Below, piece by piece: positions 10,430-20,299 of a stretch of DNA of 64,000 bases. Under the pieces are notes generated by a model. The model was not told the DNA's origin. It ran no database searches and saw only the letters and a list, made by a program, of their open reading frames with translations. Numbering within the stretch: the first letter of the stretch is position 1; each line of letters starts with the position of its first letter. Position numbers and translations under genes: made by a program. The stretch lies in IMG/VR virus record IMGVR_UViG_3300009702_000025, positions 1,580-65,579 of that record; one strand, 5' to 3'. The DNA is from a virus.

Positions 10430-10652
10430 ACTCTTTGTACTCCTCGGCTACTTTGTACCATTCATCTCCGTACTTGTCCCAGAGTTCAAAACATTGTGCT
10501 AGCGTGAGAACACAATCTGGTGGGACAGGGACAAAAACTCCATCGATCTCTTTAAGTATTGGTTTTTTACTAGCTTCCCCCTTATCGAAGATCGCTTGTG
10601 CTATTTTCCTACCTCTACTACTGGGAGGATCAACACTACTCTTGTAAGTCAT
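10356..10652 (-). CDS. Hypothetical protein (98 aa) between tail tube and chaperone
   Basis: SD-like GAGG upstream of the ATG; overlaps the chaperone ORF 5' end by 74 nt. Confidence 0.55.
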   Translation of the reverse strand: MTYKSSVDPPSSRGRKIAQAIFDKGEASKKPILKEIDGVFVPVPPDCVLTLAQCFELWDKYGDEWYKVAEEYKEYVRERTGRSRNYRPSGPVTDAETK

Positions 10653-10666
10653 TTTCCTCTTTCGGA

Positions 10667-11701
10667 TTAAATTACGGTTATGCCACCGCTCCCTTGGAGG
10701 TTGACGGTAAATTGTGATAGTGAACCAAGACCACCACTCAACGAAAGGTCAGTTGGAATAGCTGATCCTTGTTTGCCTGTTACGCCGTCTTCAAGATAAC
10801 GAACCTCAATACCATCGCCTTGCTGCCAAGCAGTCAGCAAGGTCTGTACGGCAGTGTTGAGCGTCGTGTCGATGACGTGATCCCAAGAGAATGGATAAGA
10901 GAGACGGTCATCTTTATCAGGCACGTTGAGCGTATAGGTAATGCTCTCCTCTTCGGTCGCTCCGACGTTCCCGCTCTGCGAGTTCGCCGTAGGTTTGAAG
11001 AAGCCACGACCTTTGGACTTATCGTTACCATCCGGGTTTAACTCAATGATAACCAGTTCACGCGCCTTGAGCGTGTTGAGGAAATCATTGGACAACTTGT
11101 AGAAGCCTGAGAGTTCCAGCGACACGGAACGGAGACCTGTTTCGTATTGTCGGAAGCCGCCATTAGATTGCGCAACACACAAATCGGTTACGTCATTTGT
11201 CTCCGCTTGTTGGGACAGAGTGAACGTGTTCATCGAGCAGATTTGTGTTGACGGTAGAGACGAGCCTGTAACTGTGACAGGGCCAGTAACTGTGTAGGTG
11301 TTCTTGAAAGTGACCCGACCGTAAAGATAGTCGATACTTTCTACTTCAGCAGTTTGGTCAACCGCATTGTCGAATACCGTAATAGCTGCGGTCACATCCC
11401 AAATTTCTTTAGTAGCATCGTCAATACGGTAGATTTGCCCAGCCTCTTGTGACATAGCCTCAGTTGTAAAGGCTTGTGCCGAGCCGGTCTTCTTGATAAC
11501 GGCTTGGTAGCCACCAAAGCCTTTGTAAATCGCGTTCGTGGAAATCGTCCACGTAAGAATGTCGGGTTGTTCCGACTTGTACTCTTGACCAAAGATGGTA
11601 TCGTCCAGAGTTTCGGCAGTAATGCCAAAGTCACCGGAACTGCCCGGAAGGGTGGCCCATGTCGTAGTCCCTTCGGGCGCAATTCTGATCTTCTTCGCCA
11701 T
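10667..11701 (-). CDS. Major tail tube protein
   Basis: Thr/Ser/Gly-rich beta protein after the neck genes; AETNDVTD...GLRSVSLELSGFY tube motif; strong AGGGGG RBS. Confidence 0.85.
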   Translation of the reverse strand: MAKKIRIAPEGTTTWATLPGSSGDFGITAETLDDTIFGQEYKSEQPDILTWTISTNAIYKGFGGYQAVIKKTGSAQAFTTEAMSQEAGQIYRIDDATKEIWDVTAAITVFDNAVDQTAEVESIDYLYGRVTFKNTYTVTGPVTVTGSSLPSTQICSMNTFTLSQQAETNDVTDLCVAQSNGGFRQYETGLRSVSLELSGFYKLSNDFLNTLKARELVIIELNPDGNDKSKGRGFFKPTANSQSGNVGATEEESITYTLNVPDKDDRLSYPFSWDHVIDTTLNTAVQTLLTAWQQGDGIEVRYLEDGVTGKQGSAIPTDLSLSGGLGSLSQFTVNLQGSGGITVI

Positions 11702-11818
11702 GAGGTATCCCCCTGTTCACAAATTGGCGTCCACGTTTACTCGAAAGTAACTAAGAGACCCTAAGTCTCTACAACGTCACTCTCTTGCTACTCTACCGAG
11801 GAACTAGCTAGTAATTAA

Positions 11819-12250
11819 TTAGCAACTCTCTCGGTGTGAATTTGACAAATCTCCTTGGTGAATAATAAGTTGGAAGTTCAACGAAAATTCTGGCCTATCC
11901 TTCTCATCATATCCAAGGAAGATTATATCAGAAGTCATTACAACGGAAGCCCAAAGATCGCCGTTGATCGTTTGAGATGGCAATCCGAGAAGTAAGTCTC
12001 TGATCTCTTCACACTTCGCATACGTGGCTTTATAGCCGTTCTGATCGCCTCTTACCAGTAATTGTATGCCGGGACGGTTTATGTCCAAACCGGGCTCAGG
12101 AACCAGTCCCGCCGTATCGTAGATAGTCACTAGACTATCCGGCTTGTCCTTCTGGCGAGATATACGGATTGCCCAGCCGGTTTCGGAGCCAAAACTTCCT
12201 ACCCCTCCAGTAACCATCAGATCTTTAATACCTTCACTAGGTGACGCCAT
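11819..12250 (-). CDS. Tail terminator-like protein
   Basis: Size and position; PGIQLLVRG..GY, IIFLGYDEKDRPEFSLNF motif typical of this family. Confidence 0.75.
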   Translation of the reverse strand: MASPSEGIKDLMVTGGVGSFGSETGWAIRISRQKDKPDSLVTIYDTAGLVPEPGLDINRPGIQLLVRGDQNGYKATYAKCEEIRDLLLGLPSQTINGDLWASVVMTSDIIFLGYDEKDRPEFSLNFQLIIHQGDLSNSHRESC

Positions 12251-12870
12251 CAGACCGATCTACTTTTACCTGCGTTCTCAACGCCCATTGCCATTTTGGC
12301 TCCCTTTATAACCCGTTCTTTAATATTCTCCATGTCCTGTCGAACAGCAGCTTCGAGAAACTTGGCTCTGGTAGGAGCTATATGAGAATATTCCGAAATC
12401 TCGTGTACGAAGTTTGCGTAGAACGGACGACCGTTTTTAGCGTAAGTAATTTCGGCTACTGTAATACCGAACCGTTCTACCATAGATAAATTACCACTCT
12501 TTTTCAGAGCACCGGTTTCTACAGGAACGTAAAGTTGTGAAATTTGGAAAGTAGGTCGTAGAGCTTCGTAAGCTATACGTCCACCTTGGTTACCTAAGTG
12601 AGATACGAAGCGATTAAGTTCACGAACAAAGTCTTTGCCTTGTCCCTTACTTATATCGTAAAATCGGCCAACTGAGTTGAACCGAAACGCTTCAGGTACA
12701 AGCGGTTCTTCTTGAGAAGCATCGAACGATCCGTTCTTAGGAACCTGACGGAACTGGCCCGTTCGACGGTTACGAACTCTCGTTAAAGTGCTTCTGGAAA
12801 ATGGTCCAATTCTAGCGCCTACGCGCTTTCTATTAACACCGTCTGGACCGCTCCTTTTTCGACTTGCCAC
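12250..12870 (-). CDS. HK97 gp10-like tail completion/neck protein
   Basis: YVPVETGALKKSG, YANFVHE, AKFLEAA; basic N-terminal extension. Confidence 0.75.
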   Translation of the reverse strand: MASRKRSGPDGVNRKRVGARIGPFSRSTLTRVRNRRTGQFRQVPKNGSFDASQEEPLVPEAFRFNSVGRFYDISKGQGKDFVRELNRFVSHLGNQGGRIAYEALRPTFQISQLYVPVETGALKKSGNLSMVERFGITVAEITYAKNGRPFYANFVHEISEYSHIAPTRAKFLEAAVRQDMENIKERVIKGAKMAMGVENAGKSRSV

Positions 12871-12881
12871 TTAACTGCCCT

Positions 12882-13229
12882 CTATAGGAACGAAACATTC
12901 TCAAATTCATTTGCATCAAGCGAGGGTATGGAACGAATGCGGCGAATTGGGTATGCGACTTCTTTCCCATTAACGTCCACGACCTTCGTAGGATCGGTTT
13001 CGGTAGTTTCTCCAAGGAACAAATAGCCTCCTTCAAGTAACCTGTTCTGCGACCATACTACTGCATGAGAACGTACTAGTTCTCCGCCACCACTTACTAC
13101 TTCTTCTTCACGCTCTTCCCACCTTACATCTATAATTTCAGGTGTACCGTAACTATACCCTCCATAAGCGTCATCTACAGAACGTTCCCAGTAAGTAGCT
13201 TTTTGTGGATAATCCAGTCCGAATGTCAC
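12882..13229 (-). CDS. Head closure (stopper) protein
   Basis: Size, position and beta-rich DAYGGYSYGTPEIIDVRWEE motif. Confidence 0.7.
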   Translation of the reverse strand: MTFGLDYPQKATYWERSVDDAYGGYSYGTPEIIDVRWEEREEEVVSGGGELVRSHAVVWSQNRLLEGGYLFLGETTETDPTKVVDVNGKEVAYPIRRIRSIPSLDANEFENVSFL

Positions 13230-13232
13230 GAC

Positions 13233-13640
13233 TTAGTATCCATTCGTACTTGAGCGCTCGGATGAGTTGAGTACTACAAATTCAGCACGACCAGAAGTTG
13301 ACATAGAGGCTGTAATCAAGGTGCCTGTAGCGTCCAATGCGCAAGCTTGTTGACCAAATCGGGTACTCTGAAACCCAACCTTATCCGATGCAGGAACACG
13401 GTAGCGTTCTTCACTCTCACCTGTCTTCTTGTAAGACTTGCCACCTGTTTCCATAGAGACGACGTAGAAGTGACCAGCCAAATAGAGTGCGATCCGATCT
13501 TGCGTTGCTTGCGAAATCTCACCGAACTCAACAGCGTACCCATCTACTGTAGCTTGGCCTTCAGTCGCAAACAATTGCAAGTCGGTCTCAGCACCTTTGT
13601 ACTGAGTGAGAGTTTTGAGTTGAGAAAGGTCTACAGCCAT
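13233..13640 (-). CDS. Head-tail adaptor protein
   Basis: IALYLAGHF and FQSTRFGQQACALDATG, resembling DUF4054/DnaT-like adaptors; position downstream of MCP. Confidence 0.7.
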   Translation of the reverse strand: MAVDLSQLKTLTQYKGAETDLQLFATEGQATVDGYAVEFGEISQATQDRIALYLAGHFYVVSMETGGKSYKKTGESEERYRVPASDKVGFQSTRFGQQACALDATGTLITASMSTSGRAEFVVLNSSERSSTNGY

Positions 13641-13676
13641 TTCATTCTCCGTATCTAAGTCACAAACTGGCCGTTG

Positions 13677-14006
13677 TTACTTTTTAGGAGCGCGATCACC
13701 TTTCTGTTTGGCCGCTTCCTTCTCAACTTCTTTCACAACCTTCTCTTCGACCTCTACCGTCTTCGCAGCAGCTTGTTCTTGCACCTTCTCTACTTCAGCC
13801 ATGGCTTGTTCCATCTGCTTCTGCGCATCAGCCTGAGCCTTAGCAACATTGGTAGGAACAAGGATGCTTTTGAAGGCAACTAATTGACTAGGAGTTACCC
13901 TAACGTTCGGGTTCTCCGAATTTGGGCGAACACAGCGTCGAGAGCCATCAGATTGGGCCTCATGGAACTTACCGCGAACTACTGTGGCCTCGACTGTCTC
14001 AACCAT
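13677..14006 (-). CDS. Hypothetical protein (109 aa, coiled C-terminus)
   Basis: AGGAG RBS; lies directly downstream of MCP. Confidence 0.65.
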   Translation of the reverse strand: MVETVEATVVRGKFHEAQSDGSRRCVRPNSENPNVRVTPSQLVAFKSILVPTNVAKAQADAQKQMEQAMAEVEKVQEQAAAKTVEVEEKVVKEVEKEAAKQKGDRAPKK

Positions 14007-14059
14007 TCTTCATTCTCCTTACTCAACAATAATGAATAGGTAGCCGTTACGACCCTGCT

Positions 14060-15067
14060 TTACGCAGAGCCATGAACGATACCGTTGTGATCTTCGCCGT
14101 CACGCTTAATACGGATCGGCATGATAGCCATGACAACGTACTCGTAAACGAAGCCGCCGTGTGACTTCCACTCAACCAGACGTGGCTGAATACCGTCGAT
14201 GACCTGAATTACATCAGAAGTCATTTGGACCAAAATCACAGTGTTAGCGGGCAGGTAGTAGTTCGTCTTAATAGCTGACAAACCTTCAATCTTCATCAGA
14301 CGTTCCCGAATGGTCCGTCCAGTTGCAGTTGTCGTATCGTAGTCGTCATCCATACGCTGTTGGTAGTTATCAGGGATGTACAGATAGTACGGCCCATACT
14401 GGAAGTCGTCACGAGCGGCCTGCATCATACCAAGAACATCGTCCTTGATTTGCACAGCAGTCCGACCGGTCCATGCACCACAGAGAGTGAAAGCATTCCG
14501 GTGTGGATAGTTCGTGAGACCGTAAAGAGAGCCAGCCCCGCCAGTACCAGTGTTGAACGATCCCTTAACAGCCAAGTCCTCAATGGTCTCAACCACGATA
14601 CGTGTAGCAACATTGGCGTGCTCTGTATCAAGTGGAAGTCCCTGACGACGTGAGGCTTCCAAGTGACGAAGGTTGAGGCGGAAACCCTTATGAACAATCG
14701 GGATCGGGATACTGTCTTGTTCGTAAGTCAGACGATCCCTAATGTCTGCTGCTTCCGCCGTCATGTCCACTTGCGCGGGGTCCATGTCGGAAATACGGTC
14801 CCATGTCAATTGCATAGTGCCCATAGCGTTGCCAAGAGAGTACTTAAGGCCAGCGCCCATCAAATCCGAGATGATAGAGAACCGTTCTTGAGCAACTTGT
14901 ACTACGGCCCTATCATATTCCTCCCACTCATCACGGCGAAGTACCGAAAGAGTGCGAAGTGCTCCCGTGTCCATGCCGGAAGCAAGGAAGCGTTGTGCAA
15001 GGTCTCAATGTGCCGCGAAATTAAGTCCGTTGCCATCGCCTTGTGCTGTGATTAAATCGACGGGCAT
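14060..15067 (-). CDS. Major capsid protein (HK97 fold, encapsulin/linocin-like family); in-frame TGA at codon 21 if started at ATG 15067, otherwise 304 aa from ATG 14974
   Basis: LRRDEWEEYDRAVVQVAQER, PIPIVHKGFRLNLRHLEASRRQG.PLDT, GLTNYPHRN, YGPYYLYIP; AGGGGG RBS only at the upstream ATG. Confidence 0.88.
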
Positions 15068-15120
15068 TAAATGTCCCCCTGTCCTTTCAAACTGTACTAG
15101 TGTGTGATGTGGTCTAGTTA

Positions 15121-15576
15121 TTAAGTAATAGCTACTCGGATGTGAACTTTCGATCCACCACCAGAGTTGTCCACTGCTTCAGCGGCTCGTGCGATCACAC
15201 CAGCAGCCGTTTCAGCAGAAGCCTTCCGTAAAGTACCATCGCCAGCACTTTCCAGAGGGTCATTAATGACAATGGCAGCGGCAGAAGCAGCCAATGTGCC
15301 ATAGACTTCGTTTCCGGGATGCATGACTTCCGTTAAGACACGATCACCAACCGCGTAGGACTGAAGTACACCGTCATTGTAAACGCCGTTACCGAAGATT
15401 TCGTTTTCAATAGCGAACTGAGGCGTAGCTTTGGCACTAGCAGTTGCATGACGGACGGCCTTACCAGTCGTATCGAGACTGACTAGATCGCCCGGTGTTA
15501 TTACTCCGGCAGCTTCGGCTTCACGACGGACGCCAGTGCTTACAGCAATAATAGTACGTGGAGTTGACATATTCAA
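15121..15576 (-). CDS. Head decoration/cement protein
   Basis: Ala/Gly-rich, AAGVITPGDLV..., NDPLESAGDGTLRK; position between protease and MCP. Confidence 0.7.
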   Translation of the reverse strand: MNMSTPRTIIAVSTGVRREAEAAGVITPGDLVSLDTTGKAVRHATASAKATPQFAIENEIFGNGVYNDGVLQSYAVGDRVLTEVMHPGNEVYGTLAASAAAIVINDPLESAGDGTLRKASAETAAGVIARAAEAVDNSGGGSKVHIRVAIT

Positions 15577-15644
15577 AATTCCTTTATTCCTTTATCGCTC
15601 CGTACTCGACACCAGCCCCGTCAAGTGGAGGTTAAACCGTCGAG

Positions 15645-17210
15645 TTACGCGGCTTTACTGTCTCCAAATACGTTCGGCGGTGCAGGAGCCATGTTCCCAT
15701 CTCCACTCAATTTCTTTCCACCGGGACGTGCACCGTAATTCTTAGGTTCGGGCTGTCCAGATAGGTCACGACTTTCAGCGTCGTCCTCATCGTCATTAGC
15801 TTCAGTGGTGTCACCCAAAAGTGCTGTCATGTTGTCAAGAACTTCGATGTCCATACCTTGCAATTGTTCTTCAGTGAACTTGTTGCCCGGCGCTGACATA
15901 ATTTTGGCGACTGCATCAGTCTTAGCTTTATCGGCAAGCGCAAGGGCAGAAGCGAGTTGCTTCCCAATTTCGCTATTAACACCAACACGCTCCAGAAGTT
16001 CTTCGGTCGAAGATACTTCCAAAGCGTCACCGTCAGTGCCGCCGGTGTCTGTTTTTTTGCTCATATTCTTGTCCTTATTTTCTCCACCATCAGTGGATTT
16101 GGATTTCTTGCTGAGTGGAACAAGCTCGGTTCGGAAGGCAACTTCTTCAGGATCGCCAGACAACAAGACTGCGTTGTCGCCATCAGCTACATATTCTTCA
16201 CGATAGAGTTTGTAGCCCTTACCCGGAACCCAAGTGTCATAGACGACGTAAGTGTCATTGTACGCAAGAAGATAAGCTTCGGAATTATCTTCTCGAATAG
16301 CGTATGAAAGTAGACTGTGAATGTCAGTATTGTAGAGACCATCGGAAAAGCAGAAACGGGCTGCGAACTCTCTGTGACGTGAAAGTTCCGCTTCCGTTTC
16401 TGCTTCCGCAGCCAGCACAGTTGCCGGTTCGTCCTGTTCCGCCGAACAAGAACAAGCCCCATCGCACTGACATCCCCCGTCTGATGACTTTACAGTTTTC
16501 GGGTCGCCCTGCAATCCCCTGTTGCTTCTACCTTTTCTCTTCAGTCTACGTTGATTAGACATATAAACTCTCGCTGCTTTCATTTGGCCACGACTTAGAG
16601 CAATCGGCTCTGCTTCGAATACCGTAAGTCCCGAACTTTCAGTACGGAAAGTACCGCAACCGTCCGCAACAGAGCAAGCGCCGGTCTCGGTAGCTAGAAT
16701 AGCAAGGTGGTCTGGGATCACAATATCCCAAACTCCCTTGTATTGCTTACCTTCGTACTTGCCTTCCTTGCTAGGGTCAGTGTACACAATAGCACCAACA
16801 GAAACTTCTATAGTCTCCCCAGCGTCCAATCTCTCCCACATGTTAGTGATATCATCGCTTTCACTACTGGAAACATGGCCCAAATCGATCCATGCCTCTA
16901 CAATTAGCTTGCCATCTTGTACTTGGCTGTTCATAATGTAGCCAAGCTGGTAGTTCTCAAGTACTTCAGGATCGGACGCCGACAAGAACGAACCGTCTGC
17001 TGCTTGAGGATGGTCAACTACTACAGGCCGACCGTCCCAAGTTTGTGGCCACTTGCCAAATGCTTCAGCAAGTACCAACTCAGGATGCTCGGAGCTACCG
17101 GAGTGACGAACGCCTTCAACAAGTGCAACAACCGGAACTACCAAATAGTTACGGCCATTTAGCACTCGTGTGTCAACGGTTTCACTAGCTGTGCCTTTGA
17201 GTATTCTCAT
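15645..17210 (-). CDS. DUF2213 family prohead protease with C-terminal scaffold region
   Basis: VPVVALVEGV, WDGRPVVVDHP, EVSVG, IPDHLAIL..GACSVADGCG; acidic helical C-terminus. Confidence 0.8.
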   Translation of the reverse strand: MRILKGTASETVDTRVLNGRNYLVVPVVALVEGVRHSGSSEHPELVLAEAFGKWPQTWDGRPVVVDHPQAADGSFLSASDPEVLENYQLGYIMNSQVQDGKLIVEAWIDLGHVSSSESDDITNMWERLDAGETIEVSVGAIVYTDPSKEGKYEGKQYKGVWDIVIPDHLAILATETGACSVADGCGTFRTESSGLTVFEAEPIALSRGQMKAARVYMSNQRRLKRKGRSNRGLQGDPKTVKSSDGGCQCDGACSCSAEQDEPATVLAAEAETEAELSRHREFAARFCFSDGLYNTDIHSLLSYAIREDNSEAYLLAYNDTYVVYDTWVPGKGYKLYREEYVADGDNAVLLSGDPEEVAFRTELVPLSKKSKSTDGGENKDKNMSKKTDTGGTDGDALEVSSTEELLERVGVNSEIGKQLASALALADKAKTDAVAKIMSAPGNKFTEEQLQGMDIEVLDNMTALLGDTTEANDDEDDAESRDLSGQPEPKNYGARPGGKKLSGDGNMAPAPPNVFGDSKAA

Positions 17211-17221
17211 GTAGTGGAAAA

Positions 17222-18733
17222 CTACTCACTTTTGGCTTTATCGTCAACTTTATTCTTCCCCTTCTTCTTGTCTTTCCCGTCTTCTTTAGGAGGAAGTGCT
17301 TCGGCTTGAGGAGGGGGATCACTCGGAACTTCTACTTCAGTGTTCTTCTCACGCTCTTGTGTGGACAATCGAGGCTTCAATCCGCCGCGTGCAAATATTA
17401 TATCTCGTGCCTCATGTCCATCTAGCAAGTCAGGAATTTCCTTCATAGTACGTGCGATGTTAACTGCCGACCGAGCTTGTTGCGCTGATGTCTGTCCGCG
17501 CTCCAATGGAGATAGATTGAATGGATCAGGCCAATCAATCTCAAAAGCACCATTTGGCACTGCGCCTGCAAATTGCAACTTACTAATAAGAGGACGTAGT
17601 ACACGGGGCTCAGAATGTAGTTCCCGTCTTTCTCTCACTCGTGAAGCAAGGTTGGAACGATCTTGTTCTGAAGCTAGCTTACCTTGCTCAGAGCCAATGA
17701 AGACCCTTTGGGGAATACCAGTGGCCGTGGATATAAGAGATACCACGACATTGAATGCACCAGTAGGATCAATATTGTCTGCGCCAAGTTCATTGATGTT
17801 AATACCGCGTGTGCGAATGTGACGTTGCAGACCATGGGAGTACTTCTCGATCTCATCCACCATTTTCTCACGGTCATCTTCCGTGAACTGCATATCCTTA
17901 TCAAGATCGAATTGAAGTCCTTTATAGAAAGCCTGCCAAGCCGCTTCTGCTCCCCCACCAGCAACCTTTATAATGTCATCCAATTCGTTGTAGACACGCT
18001 CAATGATTGGGTAGCCTTCAACTTCGTCGTCAAGCAAGCCTTCTGCTATGTGCAGTATTCTAGTGTGATGAACATCGATGCCTTTAGCATTCCTAGGACC
18101 ACCAGAAGTCTTGACCTGTACTGTATATATCTCAGGGAGACCAAAGTTCTCATCGGACGGGTCTTCTGTAAATTTCGTGATCTTACAACTGGAATAACCA
18201 TAGACTTGAACATAGATAAGATTGGTCTTGTTTCCTCCCTTTGGTTTAGGTCCGGGTTTACCTCCTACCGGACGTGCCATAGACCGAGTGTCCTTGACAT
18301 CATCAAATCCAAGCACCATTACTGAATACTTACCTAATCCAGCAAGTCGTTCTGCTCGGTTAATGTAGTGGTAAATACCAACCGTTTGAGCAAGACCGTC
18401 CTTAATCTTCTTCTTTTTATTGTCTTTGCCGCCCAGCTCGAACAGCCCATTCAATGCTTCGTCCAGCTTCTCATTGCCTATATAGATAGGAGGTTGAGAC
18501 CAAACGGCATCTGGATAAGTATTGACGATACGCGATACGATACCTTGCCGTTTGTACTTCTGCATAGCAGCTTCAAACGACACTTCATTTGCGTAACCCA
18601 ACTCCCTATAAAAGTCGCGCTTTCCACCAAACATAGAGCCGAACCTTTGAGCAAGGTCGAACCGTTTGGCTATTACACCCATCATACGCTGGAAAGGGAT
18701 TACTTTTCCGGTACTCTCGTCACTATCAGCCAC
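17222..18733 (-). CDS. Portal protein (DUF1073 family)
   Basis: HHTRILHIAEGLLDDEVEGYP, ATGIPQRVFIGSEQGKLASEQD, LRPLISKL; position after TerL. Confidence 0.85.
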   Translation of the reverse strand: MADSDESTGKVIPFQRMMGVIAKRFDLAQRFGSMFGGKRDFYRELGYANEVSFEAAMQKYKRQGIVSRIVNTYPDAVWSQPPIYIGNEKLDEALNGLFELGGKDNKKKKIKDGLAQTVGIYHYINRAERLAGLGKYSVMVLGFDDVKDTRSMARPVGGKPGPKPKGGNKTNLIYVQVYGYSSCKITKFTEDPSDENFGLPEIYTVQVKTSGGPRNAKGIDVHHTRILHIAEGLLDDEVEGYPIIERVYNELDDIIKVAGGGAEAAWQAFYKGLQFDLDKDMQFTEDDREKMVDEIEKYSHGLQRHIRTRGININELGADNIDPTGAFNVVVSLISTATGIPQRVFIGSEQGKLASEQDRSNLASRVRERRELHSEPRVLRPLISKLQFAGAVPNGAFEIDWPDPFNLSPLERGQTSAQQARSAVNIARTMKEIPDLLDGHEARDIIFARGGLKPRLSTQEREKNTEVEVPSDPPPQAEALPPKEDGKDKKKGKNKVDDKAKSE

Positions 18734-18748
18734 TATAGAATAACCTCT

Positions 18749-20290
18749 TTACCAGACACATCCGCTTACTAGCGCTTCTTTATTCTTGTTAACTTTATTA
18801 GCTATGAAAGACTCTTCTTCATTGTAGTAGCCGCCAGTACCGTTAGTAGCAGTCCACCACACAGGAGAAGTTACCAAGTTGGCGTATAAGTGGTTGTAAG
18901 CAATACCAACGGCGACAACTTGGTCATCATGTCCACTCGTGGCTGGCGGGTACTCATCAAATTCCTGTCTAAAAGGTTCTACCCAAGGACCTTCCTGTGC
19001 AACAATACGCTGATACTCTACAGCAGCAATGACAGGTTGTACACGGGCAACTTGCTTCTTGCCACCTACCGGAACAGGGATAACGTTAAATTCAGGCAAG
19101 ACATTGCGCATATAGTGTTCGATCAATGCTTTACCTTGCGAGCCCGGTTCTTGCTCTATCAAGATATCCACCGTGGTCCCATCGAACTCAGCAGTGCGAC
19201 GTATCTCTTCTTCGATCTTCAGGGGAGAAATCTGTTTACGCCTGACATCAAGTATGTAGCCACGTGAGCTATCTACTTCCTTTCCAAGCAGGGCACCAAC
19301 GGTAAAGTCGCCGCCACCTTCAGTCGCAGCCATATCCCATGCACGAGCTTTTTTAAGAGAAGTAAAGTGGTTGTGTCCAAGTGGCTCTACCACTCTCAGC
19401 CACTCACCATTCGTCAGTGCTGAGATATCATCAATCGGACGTTGCTGATACAGACTTTCCCAAAGGAACGTGCCGGTACGAGCCTGCTTAATTTCATTCA
19501 AGCGTTCCAGTGGATAACGCTCAGGGAATAGAGCGTCACCTTTCTTACGTCCAAGAATATCGTCTTCTAACGCTATAGCGGGAAATTCAATGTACTCCCA
19601 CTTTTCACGGAACGATGAAGAAAGGATTCTACCAATGATGTCACGAGTTGCCCAGCGTGTCGCAACAATGATGACTGTAGCGCCCGGTTCCAAACGAGTA
19701 TCAAGGTTAGCAAGGAAGTTAAGCCACAACTTCTCAAGGTGTGCAGGAGACATAGCCTCCTCAATGCCCTTGATGTAGTCATCCACAATTAACAAGTGTG
19801 CGCCCTTACCAGTCGCACCGGAGTTGATACCAAGGAAGTAGACTTCTGACCCTGCAACGGTCATGAAGTGATCTACTCGTTTAACATCCTTACGTACTTT
19901 TACGCTAAACAAGTCTTCACGGTTGAGCATAGTATCACGGGCTGCTCTACCAAACTTCTCTGCTTGATCCGAGTTGTAAGAGGTTAGGATAACGTCTGAT
20001 CCGGGGAACTTCTCTAAGAACCATGGAATAGTAGTTTCCGAGATCAACCGGGATTTACCCGTACGGGGAGGCATACTTAAAATAAGGCGACCATTACCTT
20101 TAAGAATAGCGTGTGCAATACGATGTGATGCATACACAAGGTGCTTACCGGGTATCCACCTGTTAGTGCCTGTTGGCCACAGGTTCATAGCTAGAGTAGC
20201 AGGTGTCAGGAATGGATCACCTATGAGAGATTGTAATTCGTTGGCTTGCATCTTAACAAAACTATTGTTGACACTTAACTTCAACGACAC
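18749..20290 (-). CDS. terL: Terminase large subunit
   Basis: Walker A MPPRTGKS, Walker B LLIVDD, YQQRP, RAWDMAATEGGGDFTVG nuclease motif, HDDQV; true start may be ATG 20251. Confidence 0.95.
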   Translation of the reverse strand: MSLKLSVNNSFVKMQANELQSLIGDPFLTPATLAMNLWPTGTNRWIPGKHLVYASHRIAHAILKGNGRLILSMPPRTGKSRLISETTIPWFLEKFPGSDVILTSYNSDQAEKFGRAARDTMLNREDLFSVKVRKDVKRVDHFMTVAGSEVYFLGINSGATGKGAHLLIVDDYIKGIEEAMSPAHLEKLWLNFLANLDTRLEPGATVIIVATRWATRDIIGRILSSSFREKWEYIEFPAIALEDDILGRKKGDALFPERYPLERLNEIKQARTGTFLWESLYQQRPIDDISALTNGEWLRVVEPLGHNHFTSLKKARAWDMAATEGGGDFTVGALLGKEVDSSRGYILDVRRKQISPLKIEEEIRRTAEFDGTTVDILIEQEPGSQGKALIEHYMRNVLPEFNVIPVPVGGKKQVARVQPVIAAVEYQRIVAQEGPWVEPFRQEFDEYPPATSGHDDQVVAVGIAYNHLYANLVTSPVWWTATNGTGGYYNEEESFIANKVNKNKEALVSGCVW

Positions 20291-20299
20291 TATATACAG

